A stretch of DNA of 64,000 nucleotides. Origin: Actinomycetes bacterium (GTDB lineage: Bacteria; Actinomycetota; Actinomycetes; Nanopelagicales; Nanopelagicaceae). Location of the stretch: NCBI GenBank assembly GCA_037139795.1, contig JBAXFS010000001.1:3153-67152 (forward strand), given 5' to 3'. Below the pieces are notes generated by a model, which did not search any database, had not been told where the DNA came from, and was given only the letters and a program-made list of their open reading frames with translations. Position numbers and translations under genes: made by a program. Positions 22,322-32,300 of this stretch are shown piece by piece (the stretch's first letter is position 1; every line of letters begins with the position of its first letter).

Positions 22322-23351
22322 TTTTTACTCCGCTCTTCGATTTAACTTTTTCACGTTTCTTACGCGGCAAAAGTCCATCTGGGCGAATATTCATAATGAG
22401 GACGAGTACTATTCCAAAGACAAGTTGTCTGGCATTTGTAATGAAACGGATTCGTTCAGGGATATAGGCCAAGATAACTCCGCCAAAGATGACGCCCCAC
22501 ATATTGCCCATTCCACCAAAGACGATACATGAGAGAATGAGTACTGAGATGTTGAAAGTAAACATTTGAGGCGCGATAACAATGACCTTAGCCGCATAGA
22601 TAACTCCAGCTGCGCCACCGACGGCTGCACCAACGCTGAAGGACCAAATTTTGTAGCGCAGCGTGGGAACGCCCATCAACATTGCTACATCCTCATCTTG
22701 GCGAATCGCCTCCCAAGCTCGGCCGGGGCGACGAACCGACAATCGACGGATCATCCAAATTACAAGCAGAATCATTGTAAGGACTAACCAGAAATAATTT
22801 ACTGGGTGCATAATGTCGAACTTAAGTCCGGCAATCGCTGGAGGATTTGGGATGCGCGCAATTCCATTTGTTCCACCGGTAATGGAAATATTCAAAGTCA
22901 CGATGCGAACGATTTCACCAAAGCCCAGAGTCACGATGGCCAGGTAATCACCTCGAAGACGAAGCGTTGGGAGGCCAAGCAAAGCACCCGAGAGCATCGC
23001 GAAACCCATTCCTATTGGCAAAATTTCCCAAGCATTCAGGTGCGTGCGAGTTGATAAAATCGCCTGCGTGTAAGCCCCAATTGCAAAGAAAGCCACGTAA
23101 CCTAAATCAAGAAGTCCGCTTTTGCCAACGACGATATTGAGGCCGAGACCCATCAATACGAACATTCCAATTGGATAGACGAGGACATCTTGATAGGAGG
23201 CAATTGGAGTGTCCAAGACGCTGGTGAAAGCGAAGTTTCCAGCAAAGGGCATTAGAGCGACAAAGCCAATGAGTGCAACGGCAAAAACTGTACGCTGAGT
23301 GTGATTCCAACCCTCCCAAAGAGCGGCACCCTTATCGCGAATATTGATCAT
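22314..23351 (-). CDS. livM: Branched-chain amino acid ABC permease LivM
   Basis: GLNIVVGKSGLLDLGYVAFF, LRLRGDYLAIVTLGFGE and GRAWEAIRQDE. Start moved to 23351 (TAATG overlap with livH). Confidence 0.95.
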   Translation of the reverse strand: MINIRDKGAALWEGWNHTQRTVFAVALIGFVALMPFAGNFAFTSVLDTPIASYQDVLVYPIGMFVLMGLGLNIVVGKSGLLDLGYVAFFAIGAYTQAILSTRTHLNAWEILPIGMGFAMLSGALLGLPTLRLRGDYLAIVTLGFGEIVRIVTLNISITGGTNGIARIPNPPAIAGLKFDIMHPVNYFWLVLTMILLVIWMIRRLSVRRPGRAWEAIRQDEDVAMLMGVPTLRYKIWSFSVGAAVGGAAGVIYAAKVIVIAPQMFTFNISVLILSCIVFGGMGNMWGVIFGGVILAYIPERIRFITNARQLVFGIVLVLIMNIRPDGLLPRKKREKVKSKSGVKNV

Positions 23352-24304
23352 TAGACCCTCGTCTGCTGGATTGCTTCGCCAAATATTCCATTTGGACGGA
23401 CTAATAGGACAAGTACTAGGACAACGAACACGGTCACAGATTTCCATTGGCTTCCAAGCACAGCCGCCGACATAGTTTCAAGCAGACCTAAAGAAATACC
23501 ACCAAAGAAGGCGCCGCGAAGATTTCCAATTCCACCCAACACTGCAGCGGTAAATGCCGCAAGACCCAAATTGAATCCAACATTGAACTTGGTGGTCTCA
23601 TAAACAGTCATGAAGAAGAAGGATGCGGCACCGGTCATAAGTCCACCGATAAGGAAAGTAACTGAAATTACGCGGCTTATATTAATACCCATTAACTTGG
23701 CATTTTCTTCAGACATTGATACTGCGCGAATAGCTTTACCGAGGCGACTCTTATTGACAAAGCGATCTAGTACGACAAACATAATAAGAGCTGTGACGAC
23801 AACTAAAACAGTATCGAGTCTAAAATTTGCACCAGCTAAATGCCCAAGTGAGATTTTTTCCATAAGGCGTGGGCTTGCCTGCGGGCGCGAGTGAGATAAA
23901 ATACGTGCACTCTCACTGAGGACTATAGACATGCCGATTGCCGAAATTAAACTAGCTAGGCGGTTAGTTCCTTTGGCGCGGAGGCGGCGGTAAGCAAAGA
24001 ATTCAACGGCAAGAGCGGTTATTCCAGAGGCCAACATAGCTACGACTAAAGCAAAGGTCATTGTCCAAACAAGAGAAAAACCATGTAATGGGTTTGAATT
24101 TGTCGTATGGCCAGTAACGCCAGTTTCAATCCAAACGGTAGCAAATGTGCCGACCATGAAAATCTCGGAGTTAGCAAAGTTAATAAGTCGCAATACGCCG
24201 TAAACCATCGTGTAACCAAGGGAGATCAAGACATAGATCAAACCCAAACTAAGGCCCGACAGGCACAGTGACCAAAATTGGCTGGTCAAGACTGAGAAAT
24301 TCAT
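23351..24304 (-). CDS. livH: Branched-chain amino acid ABC permease LivH
   Basis: LGYTMVYGVLRLINFA, LGKAIRAVS, FTAAVLGGIG and RPNGIFG; AAGGAG RBS. Confidence 0.95.
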   Translation of the reverse strand: MNFSVLTSQFWSLCLSGLSLGLIYVLISLGYTMVYGVLRLINFANSEIFMVGTFATVWIETGVTGHTTNSNPLHGFSLVWTMTFALVVAMLASGITALAVEFFAYRRLRAKGTNRLASLISAIGMSIVLSESARILSHSRPQASPRLMEKISLGHLAGANFRLDTVLVVVTALIMFVVLDRFVNKSRLGKAIRAVSMSEENAKLMGINISRVISVTFLIGGLMTGAASFFFMTVYETTKFNVGFNLGLAAFTAAVLGGIGNLRGAFFGGISLGLLETMSAAVLGSQWKSVTVFVVLVLVLLVRPNGIFGEAIQQTRV

Positions 24305-24370
24305 TGTCTCCTTATTTCGTTTGCTTCGTTCTTGAAAACTCTAAAAACATGTTGTCAAATTTTTAATGTG

Positions 24371-24404
24371 TGAAATGCCTGCAGATGAATCTGCAGGCAT
24401 TTCA
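24371..24404 (-). promoter_or_regulatory. Perfect 15-bp hairpin between livK and livH (probable mRNA stabiliser or partial terminator)
   Basis: TGAAATGCCTGCAGA-N4-TCTGCAGGCATTTCA; no U-tract follows on the coding strand. Confidence 0.7.
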
Positions 24405-24456
24405 GCACTTTAACTTAAGTTCTTTGGGCTAACCCAAAGGCATAGACCAGCCTAAA

Positions 24457-25620
24457 TTAGGCCTGACCGATGTAAACGATATTTCCATTGGCATCAAGCT
24501 TGAAAGCACCAATTGGCGCTCCGCCCTTGATATCTCCCCATGCTTCGAAGGAGAAAGTTCCACCAGTGAAGTTAGGGAACTTGCCTGTGCTAACGCAAGT
24601 TGCGATTGCTGCACGTGTTAGCTTGCCCTGCTTGATGCAAGTAAGTAGAACGTTAGTTGCGTTGATTGTGTTAGTTACATAACCACCAGCAACTTGTACT
24701 CCGCTTGCCGCAGTGAAAGCTTTCTTTTGCGCTGCAGTTGCGACGCTAGAGAAAGGTGTATCACCTTCAGTTAAACGTGCATCCTTTGCAGCAGCATTTC
24801 CAGCAGCCTTTGCGAATGAAGTAGTCGCTGATCCATCGCCTGATGCGAAGATACCTGTGTATCCGCCATCGCGAAGTGACTTAACAAATGCTCCTGCATC
24901 AATATCGTAACCTGCGTAAATAACAACGTTAGCCTTTGAAGCAAGAACCTTCGCTGTAGTTGGTGACCAGTCAGTTCCAGGAGTTGGAAGGATGTGATCT
25001 GTTCCAACTGTTGTTACTTTGATCTTTGTTAGACCTGTAGCTGTGTACTGCGCAAGACCTGCACCGTATGGTGATTGGTCATCTACTAAGTAGACAGCAG
25101 GTGATGTAACACCCTTGACTGCATAACGAGCTAGAGCTGGACCTTGGACGCTGTCGTTACCAACAACACGGTGGAACACTGGTCCACCAAAATCAGGTGC
25201 CTGTGGTGTAGTTAAAGTTACGCGTGATGCGGATGGAGAAACCATAGTTAATCCAGTAGCGATATAGAACGGGAATGAGTTCGCTGAAGCACCTGAATAA
25301 GCAGATCCGATAAGACCTATTACTGCCTTATTCTTAGCAACGCCCGGAGCAACAACTGCTGCCTTTGAGCCAGAACCCTCATCATCAACCTGAATGTACT
25401 TAACAGTTACTGCAGGCTTTGATGCGTTGTACATTGCGAGTGCATACTTAAAACCAGCAAGCTCATCTTGGCCGGCCTGTGCAGCTTCGCCGGTGAGTGG
25501 ACCCTGGAATGCGATTGTGACTGACTTTGCTGCGGCCTGTGCTGAAGTCGCTGTAAGCGTTCCTAGTGCAAGGAATGCTGCAGCGGCAACGCCAAGAACG
25601 CGAGTTGTGTTCTTATTCAT
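24457..25620 (-). CDS. livK: Branched-chain amino acid ABC substrate-binding protein (LivK/LivJ family)
   Basis: IAFQGPLTG, MVSPSAS, FHRVVGND and VYLVDDQSPYGAGLA; Sec signal peptide. Start moved to the ATG at 25620, preceded by GAGAGG. Confidence 0.92.
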   Translation of the reverse strand: MNKNTTRVLGVAAAAFLALGTLTATSAQAAAKSVTIAFQGPLTGEAAQAGQDELAGFKYALAMYNASKPAVTVKYIQVDDEGSGSKAAVVAPGVAKNKAVIGLIGSAYSGASANSFPFYIATGLTMVSPSASRVTLTTPQAPDFGGPVFHRVVGNDSVQGPALARYAVKGVTSPAVYLVDDQSPYGAGLAQYTATGLTKIKVTTVGTDHILPTPGTDWSPTTAKVLASKANVVIYAGYDIDAGAFVKSLRDGGYTGIFASGDGSATTSFAKAAGNAAAKDARLTEGDTPFSSVATAAQKKAFTAASGVQVAGGYVTNTINATNVLLTCIKQGKLTRAAIATCVSTGKFPNFTGGTFSFEAWGDIKGGAPIGAFKLDANGNIVYIGQA

Positions 25621-25713
25621 GTTGACCTCTCGTAATCTTTTCTTCCCGGGACAGGGAGACCGAAAGAGTATCGGCAAGAAGTGGAGTAAACAAGGCAAAT
25701 GCACGCTTGGAAT

Positions 25714-25729
25714 GTTTCAATTTCGTTAT
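25714..25729 (-). promoter_or_regulatory. Candidate GlnR box upstream of livK
   Basis: Minus strand ATAAC-gaaatt-GAAAC fits the a-site/N6/b-site (AC-N9-AC) pattern; single copy only. Confidence 0.45.
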
Positions 25730-25761
25730 AAATGTGGGGTACTTTCAGAAAAGAGTTAGCC

Positions 25762-26334
25762 CTAGTCCAGCGGGACGGCATCCGGGCTTATGACGGCTTG
25801 GGCCACGGCCTTCATGCTCATGCGCCGATCCATCGCCGCCCTTTGAATCCATGAAAAAGCATCAGGCTCGGACAAGTTGAGCGCCTTCATTAATATTCCC
25901 TTAGCGCGATCGATCAATTTCCGGGTCTCAAGGCGCTCATGTAAATCGGCGACCTCTTCGGAAAGTGAACGCATCTGCAAGTGCCTGCTAATTGCAATCT
26001 CGATAGCCGGAATTAAATCCCCAATTGTAAATGGCTTAACAACGTAGGCCATCACTCCTGCATCGCGAGCCCGGTCGATCAACTCTTTTTGAGAGAAAGC
26101 CGTGAGCATCAAAACTGGAGATATGTTAATTATTTTCTCGGCCGCCGAAATTCCATCCATGACCGGCATCTTTACATCCAGAATTGCAATATCCGGTTTG
26201 TGTAGATTAGCTAGATCGATGGCCTCTTGACCGTTGGTTGCCTCGGCTACAACTTCGTATCCTGCGCCCTGTAGCATTTCGACGAGGTCCATGCGAATCA
26301 GCGCCTCATCTTCGGCAACGAGAATACGGATCAC
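25762..26334 (-). CDS. ANTAR-domain response regulator (PdtaR / Rv1626-like)
   Basis: Receiver domain (VAEDEALIR, LDVKMP, LTAFSQ, YVVKPF) plus ANTAR (ETRKLIDRAKGILM...AFSWIQRAAMDRR). Confidence 0.94.
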   Translation of the reverse strand: MIRILVAEDEALIRMDLVEMLQGAGYEVVAEATNGQEAIDLANLHKPDIAILDVKMPVMDGISAAEKIINISPVLMLTAFSQKELIDRARDAGVMAYVVKPFTIGDLIPAIEIAISRHLQMRSLSEEVADLHERLETRKLIDRAKGILMKALNLSEPDAFSWIQRAAMDRRMSMKAVAQAVISPDAVPLD

Positions 26335-26375
26335 TGCGATTCATCCTTCCAGGATGGAAATAAAAATTCTTAGCG

Positions 26376-26448
26376 TGCCCCGAGTCGGATTCGAACCGAC
26401 ACTGTGCAGTGTTTGAGACTGCCCTCTCTACCGTTGGAGTACCGAGGC
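26376..26448 (-). tRNA. tRNA-Leu(CAA), 73 nt, short variable region, CCA not encoded
   Basis: GCCTCGG/TCGGGGC acceptor stem, discriminator A, anticodon arm GCAGT-CTCAAAC-ACTGC, T arm GTCGG-TTCGAAT-CCGAC, variable region ACAGT. Confidence 0.93.
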
Positions 26449-26462
26449 TTTACTGGCAAATC

Positions 26463-27902
26463 TTAGCGGTAGGCGGGAGCTGCGCCACCAACGGCATCGC
26501 CCACTCGGTGAACGCGCATTGCATTCGTAGAGCCTGGAATTCCTGGAGGAGATCCGGCAACAATCATCACGTCATCGCCAACTGAGGCGCGTCCGGAGTC
26601 AATAAGTACGGAATCGACGATTTTTACCATCTCATCGGTAGCGCCCACTACAGGCGTCAACATTGATTCAACTCCCCATGAAAGAGCAAGGCGGTTATAC
26701 GTGCCAACTTCAGGAGTCATTGCCAGAATTGGAATGGGTGATCGCAATCGCGACATGCGTCGGGCAGAGTCACCGCTTTGCGTAAATGCCACTAAATATT
26801 TCGCTCCAACGATTGCGCCAACTTCAGTCGCCGCTTTAGTAATTGCGCCACCCTTTGTGCGCGGTGGAGTTTTTATTGGGCGGATTCGATCAAGGCCGCC
26901 CTCTTCGGTCTTTTGAATTATGCGTGCCATTGTTTCAACGGCCTCAATAGGAAACTCCCCCACGCTGGTTTCACCCGAGAGCATCAACGCATCTGCACCA
27001 TCTAATACAGCATTGGCGCAATCCGTTGCCTCTGCGCGCGTGGGGCGCGAATTAGTAATCATCGAATCAAGCATCTGAGTTGCAACAATGACGGGCTTTG
27101 CCATGTCGCGAGCAAGCTCCACGCAGAGCTTTTGCACGAGAGGTACGTCTTCAATTGGAAGTTCCACACCTAAATCACCGCGCGCAACCATGATGCCATC
27201 AAAGGCGTCCACGATCTCGGCGATATTTGTAACAGCTTGTGGCTTTTCAATCTTGGCAATCACCGGAATGCGAATACCCTCTTCATCCATAATTTTATGA
27301 ACATCCTTGATATCCGCGGCATCTCGAACAAAAGAGAGTGCGATGAAATCGGCTCCCGCGTGCAGGCCCCAACGCAAATCCTCAATATCTTTTTCGGACA
27401 TAGCTGGAACTGAAACTGCAACACCTGGCAGATTAATTCCCTTGTTATTGCTTACCGTGCCAGGTTCAGTGACCTTAGTTATTACGTCATTACCTTTTAC
27501 TTCAATAACTTCGACGGTGACTTTTCCATCATCGATCAGAATATGATCCCCAGCTCTGCAATCTCCGGGTAGACCTTTATATGTTGTTCCGACTCGATCC
27601 TTTGTACCCTCTACGTCATCGGTGGTGATTGTAAAGATATCTCCACGTGCTAATTCATGTGGACCTGCAATAAATCTTGCCAGGCGAATCTTAGGACCTT
27701 GTAAATCGACAAGGATAGCGACGGGACGTCCAGCCGCTTTTGCTGCTGCGCGTACTAGATCAAGGCGACCCTGGTGTTCAACGTATGAGCCGTGCGAAAG
27801 GTTTAATCTCGCCATGTTCATTCCAGCATCAATGAGCGCCTTTACTTTTTCAGCAGACTCCACTGCTGGACCCATCGTGCACACAATTTTTGCTCTACGC
27901 AT
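26463..27902 (-). CDS. pyk: Pyruvate kinase
   Basis: KIVCTMGPA, RLNLSHG, DLQGPKIR, IAKIEK, MVARGDLGVE and MLSGETSVG. Confidence 0.99.
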   Translation of the reverse strand: MRRAKIVCTMGPAVESAEKVKALIDAGMNMARLNLSHGSYVEHQGRLDLVRAAAKAAGRPVAILVDLQGPKIRLARFIAGPHELARGDIFTITTDDVEGTKDRVGTTYKGLPGDCRAGDHILIDDGKVTVEVIEVKGNDVITKVTEPGTVSNNKGINLPGVAVSVPAMSEKDIEDLRWGLHAGADFIALSFVRDAADIKDVHKIMDEEGIRIPVIAKIEKPQAVTNIAEIVDAFDGIMVARGDLGVELPIEDVPLVQKLCVELARDMAKPVIVATQMLDSMITNSRPTRAEATDCANAVLDGADALMLSGETSVGEFPIEAVETMARIIQKTEEGGLDRIRPIKTPPRTKGGAITKAATEVGAIVGAKYLVAFTQSGDSARRMSRLRSPIPILAMTPEVGTYNRLALSWGVESMLTPVVGATDEMVKIVDSVLIDSGRASVGDDVMIVAGSPPGIPGSTNAMRVHRVGDAVGGAAPAYR

Positions 27903-27914
27903 AAGGCAACCTTA
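27903..27914 (-). promoter_or_regulatory. Leaderless-type -10 box for pyk (TAAGGT-N6-ATG); its TAA is the gltD stop codon
   Basis: Minus strand reads TAAGGT tgcctt ATG; no RBS. Confidence 0.68.
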
Positions 27915-29366
27915 AACCATTAATTGACGAGTAGTCGGTTCAATTGGACTTGGTAACTGTGTATCTCCAGTGAGATATCTATCTACTGCCGAAGCAACAC
28001 TTCGACCTTCAGCAATTGCCCAAACAATAAGTGACTGACCGCGACCGGCATCACCTGCAACAAATACTCCATCTTCATTTGCAGCAAAGTTAGCGTCGCG
28101 GACTATATTTCCGCGATCATCTATGGCTACCTCTAGCTGAGTTAATAATGGAGACTGCTCGGGGCCCGTGAAACCCATGGCGAGAAAGACGAAATCCGCT
28201 TTAATCTCTTTCTCACTTCCAGCAACGGGTTCAAACTTCCCGTTAACCAACGTTGTTTCAACGATTTTAATTGCACGGAGATTTCCATTGCCATCGCTTA
28301 AAAACTCTTCGGTACTGACAGAAAAGATGCGATTATCTTTTTCTTCGTGAGCGCTCGACACTCGATAAATCATCGGATACGTGGGCCAAGGTTGCGATGC
28401 TGGTCGTTCTTCACTCGGCCTTGGCATGATCTCTAACTGCGTAACACTTGCCGCTCCTTGGCGGGTAGAAGTGCCAAGACAATCTGCACCAGTATCGCCG
28501 CCACCCAAAATCACGACGTGCTTGCCAGCCACATTAATTGGTGGGGTTTGCACTTCACCCAGTGCCTGCTGATTGCCCCACGGCAAGAACTCCATTGCTT
28601 GATAGACGCCAACCAAATCTCGACCAGGAATAGGTAAGTCACGCCATTGAGTTGCACCGATTGCAAGAACAACTGCATCGTATTTCTTGCGAAGGGCAGA
28701 TCCGGTTAACTCTCCACCTACATCGACGTTGGGGCGAAAACGAGTTCCCTCTTTTTCCATCTGCTCAAGTCTGCGATCAAGGATATGTTTTTCCATTTTA
28801 AACTCTGGAATTCCATACCGGAGCAATCCGCCGATTTTGTCGGCACGCTCATAAACGGCAACTGTATGCCCGGCACGTGTTAACTGTTGCGCGGCGGCAA
28901 GACCTGCAGGTCCAGAGCCAATGACTGCAACGGTTTTACCGCTTAAGCGATCAGGTATGAGCGGCTTTACATCGCCCATTGCAAAAGCCTCTTCGATTGT
29001 TCGAAGCTCAACCTGCTTAATTGTTACGGCATCGCGATTGATGCCAACAACGCATGCTGTTTCACATGGCGCAGGACAAAGGCGGCCAGTGAACTCTGGA
29101 AAGTTATTTGTGGCATGAAGGCGATTGATTGCCTCGTGAGTGTCTCCGCGCCAAATCAGATCGTTCCACTCTGGAATTAAATTACCGAGTGGGCAACCAG
29201 AGTGGCAGAAAGGAATGCCGCAGTCCATGCAACGTCCAGCTTGTTTTTGCAAATGTTCAAAACTTTGTGGTTCGTACACTTCACGCCAGTCTTGAATGCG
29301 TACATCAACCGGTCGGCGAACTGGAGTTTCGCGCGGAGTCGTAATAAAGCCCTTTGGATCAGCCAC
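27912..29366 (-). CDS. gltD: Glutamate synthase small subunit
   Basis: [38 protein letters not shown] and [11 protein letters not shown]. Confidence 0.98.
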   Translation of the reverse strand: MADPKGFITTPRETPVRRPVDVRIQDWREVYEPQSFEHLQKQAGRCMDCGIPFCHSGCPLGNLIPEWNDLIWRGDTHEAINRLHATNNFPEFTGRLCPAPCETACVVGINRDAVTIKQVELRTIEEAFAMGDVKPLIPDRLSGKTVAVIGSGPAGLAAAQQLTRAGHTVAVYERADKIGGLLRYGIPEFKMEKHILDRRLEQMEKEGTRFRPNVDVGGELTGSALRKKYDAVVLAIGATQWRDLPIPGRDLVGVYQAMEFLPWGNQQALGEVQTPPINVAGKHVVILGGGDTGADCLGTSTRQGAASVTQLEIMPRPSEERPASQPWPTYPMIYRVSSAHEEKDNRIFSVSTEEFLSDGNGNLRAIKIVETTLVNGKFEPVAGSEKEIKADFVFLAMGFTGPEQSPLLTQLEVAIDDRGNIVRDANFAANEDGVFVAGDAGRGQSLIVWAIAEGRSVASAVDRYLTGDTQLPSPIEPTTRQLMV

Positions 29367-32300
29367 TAGCTGCTACCTCCATTACAAGTGCGTTTACTGG
29401 AAGACCTTCGCGAGTTGCGCGAGCCATGGCCTCTAAAACGCGTGCATAATCGCGCGGCATAACAAGTGAAATTCGCGTTACGGCAACTTCCCAATCGACC
29501 AGTAACTCTTTGGCAATTTGTGAATCGGTGTTAGTCGCGAAATCAGAGATGATAGTTTTTAAAACACCAAGTTGATCTGTGGGTACGGCGAGAATATCGA
29601 CCATATCGCCGTTAACTTTGGCGGGATCGAGATCTAAGACAAAGGCTCGCCCACCTGACATTCCAGCGGCAAAGTTTCGACCGGTCTGACCCAGTACGAC
29701 AACAGTTCCGCCCGTCATATATTCGCAGCCGTGATCGCCAATACCTTCGACAATGGCAGTTGCACCAGAGTTGCGTACGCAAAAACGCTCACCGACAATT
29801 CCGCGAATCATAATTTCACCTGATGTCGCGCCGTAACCGATTACATTGCCGGCGATTACGTTCTCATCAGAGTTAAAAGTAGATGCGGCATCTGGTCGCA
29901 GAATTACACGTCCACCAGAGATTCCCTTGCCAACATAGTCATTTGAATCGCCGAATAGTCGAATTGTTAAACCTGCAGGAATAAATGCGCCTAGTGACTG
30001 ACCTGCCGATCCACGCAAAGTAATATCGATAGTCCCATCTGCAAGTCCGGTACCACCGAAAGCGCGTGTGATTTCAGCTCCCAACATTGTTCCAACGGTG
30101 CGGTTAACATTTCGAACTGGTAAATCGATTCGGACTAACTCTTTATTCGTCAAAGCCGGTTGAGACAGACGAACGAGTTCGTTATCAAGGGCGGCATCCA
30201 GACCATGGTCTTGCTTAGTCGTATTGTGCAAAGCGCTAGTGGTTTCAGGCTGCATAAGAAGTGGTGATAGATCTAATCCACTGGCTTTCCAATGATCTAC
30301 TGCACGCTTAGTTTCCAGATATTCAACATGACCTATGGCCTCTAGCAATGTTTTGAAGCCCAGAGTTGCCAGAATTTCACGAACTTCTTCGGCAATATAT
30401 TCAAAGAATGTTTCGACGAATTCAGGTTTACCGCTAAAGCGCGCGCGTAGCTCTGGATTCTGTGTTGCCACACCTACTGGGCACGTATCTAAATGACACA
30501 CGCGCATCATCACGCAACCAGAGACAACGAGTGGCGCAGTAGCAAAACCGAACTCTTCGGCGCCAAGAAGCGCGGCGATAACCACATCGCGACCCGTCTT
30601 TAACTGTCCATCGGTTTGTACAACAATTCGATCGCGTAGATTATTAAGAAGCAACGTTTGCTGAGTTTCAGCCAAGCCAAGCTCCCACGGTGCACCGGCG
30701 TGCTTTAACGACGTGAGCGGTGACGCACCGGTTCCCCCATCGTGTCCCGAAATCAAAACTACATCGGCATGGGCTTTACTTACGCCGGCAGCAACTGTTC
30801 CGACGCCAACTTCAGCGACAAGTTTCACATGGATTCGCGCGTTCTTGTTCGCATTCTTTAAGTCGTGAATCAACTGTGCTAAGTCTTCAATGGAATAGAT
30901 GTCATGGTGTGGAGGTGGTGAGATTAGACCAACGCCTGGAGTTGAGTAACGAACTTTTGCAATCCATGGATAGACCTTGTTACCCGGTAATTGGCCGCCT
31001 TCTCCAGGTTTAGCACCTTGGGCGACTTTAATTTGAATATCATCGGCGTTTACTAAGTACTCACTTGTGACACCAAAGCGACCGGAGGCAACTTGCTTAA
31101 TCGCCGATCGCTTTGAATCTCCATTTTCCATAGGTATAAAACGTGTTGGATCTTCGCCACCTTCGCCGGTATTAGATTTTGCGCCTAAGCGGTTCATGGC
31201 AATAGCTAAAGTTTCATGCACTTCTTGAGAGACCGAACCGTAGGACATTGCTCCAGTTGAGAATCGTTTTATTATTTCGTGCGCCGACTCAACTTCATCT
31301 ATCGAGATTGGAGTTCTTTCTTTAAATTCAAAGAGGCCGCGCAGAGTCATCAAACGCGTGCTCTGATCATTTACTCGATTCGTGTAACGTTTGAAAATGT
31401 CATATCTCTTGGTTCGGGTTGAATGTTGTAGTGCAAACACGGTCTCTGGATCGAATAAGTGAGGCTCGCCTTCGCGGCGCCATTGATATTCCCCGCCGAT
31501 AGGTAAGCGCTTAGTTCCTGGTACTTCTCCCCCAGGCGGGTATGCAATGTGGTGACGCGCGATTGCTTCCTGGGCAATTACATCAAGGGAGACTCCACCA
31601 AGCCTGGATGTTGTTCCAGTAAAGAACTCATCGATTACTTCGGCACTCAAACCAATGGCTTCAAAGACTTGAGCCCCTGTATAGGAGGCGATAGTGCTAA
31701 TTCCCATCTTGGACATAACTTTCAAAACGCCTTTGCCAAGGGATTTAATTAAGTTTCGAACTGCTTTCTCAGGTGTAATACCTGTGATAACGCCCTGTAG
31801 AACTAAGTCTTCAGCACTCTCCATCGCAAGATATGGGTTGACTGCCGCAGCTCCAAAGCCGATGAGGAGTGCAACATGGTGAACTTCACGCACATCGCCA
31901 GCTTCAACTACTAAACCAACTTTGGTGCGCGTCTTTTCGCGAATTAAATGGTGATGCACTGCAGAGGTCAAAAGTAAGGATGGAATCGCTGCCTCTTCAG
32001 TATCGGCATCGCGATCGGATAGAACAATGATTCGAGCGCCATCGTTGATAGCTTTTGAGACTTCTAACTTAATCTCATTTAAACGTTCACGAAGTGCATC
32101 GCCTTCATCGGCCACAAAAAATAGTCCTCGTACAACGTGTGCGCTAAGCCCTGGATGATCGCCATCGGCGTTAACGTGAATTATTTTTGCTAGTTCGTCA
32201 TTGTCAATGACGGGAAATGCCAATGAGATTTGGCGACATGAAAATGGTCCGGAATCCAGCAAGTTATGTTCTGGACCCATTGAAGTTCCAAGACTTGTAA

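Noticed and set aside
24335-24365. Perfect TTGACA -35 upstream of livH
   Set aside because: No TANNNT at a 16-18 nt spacing.
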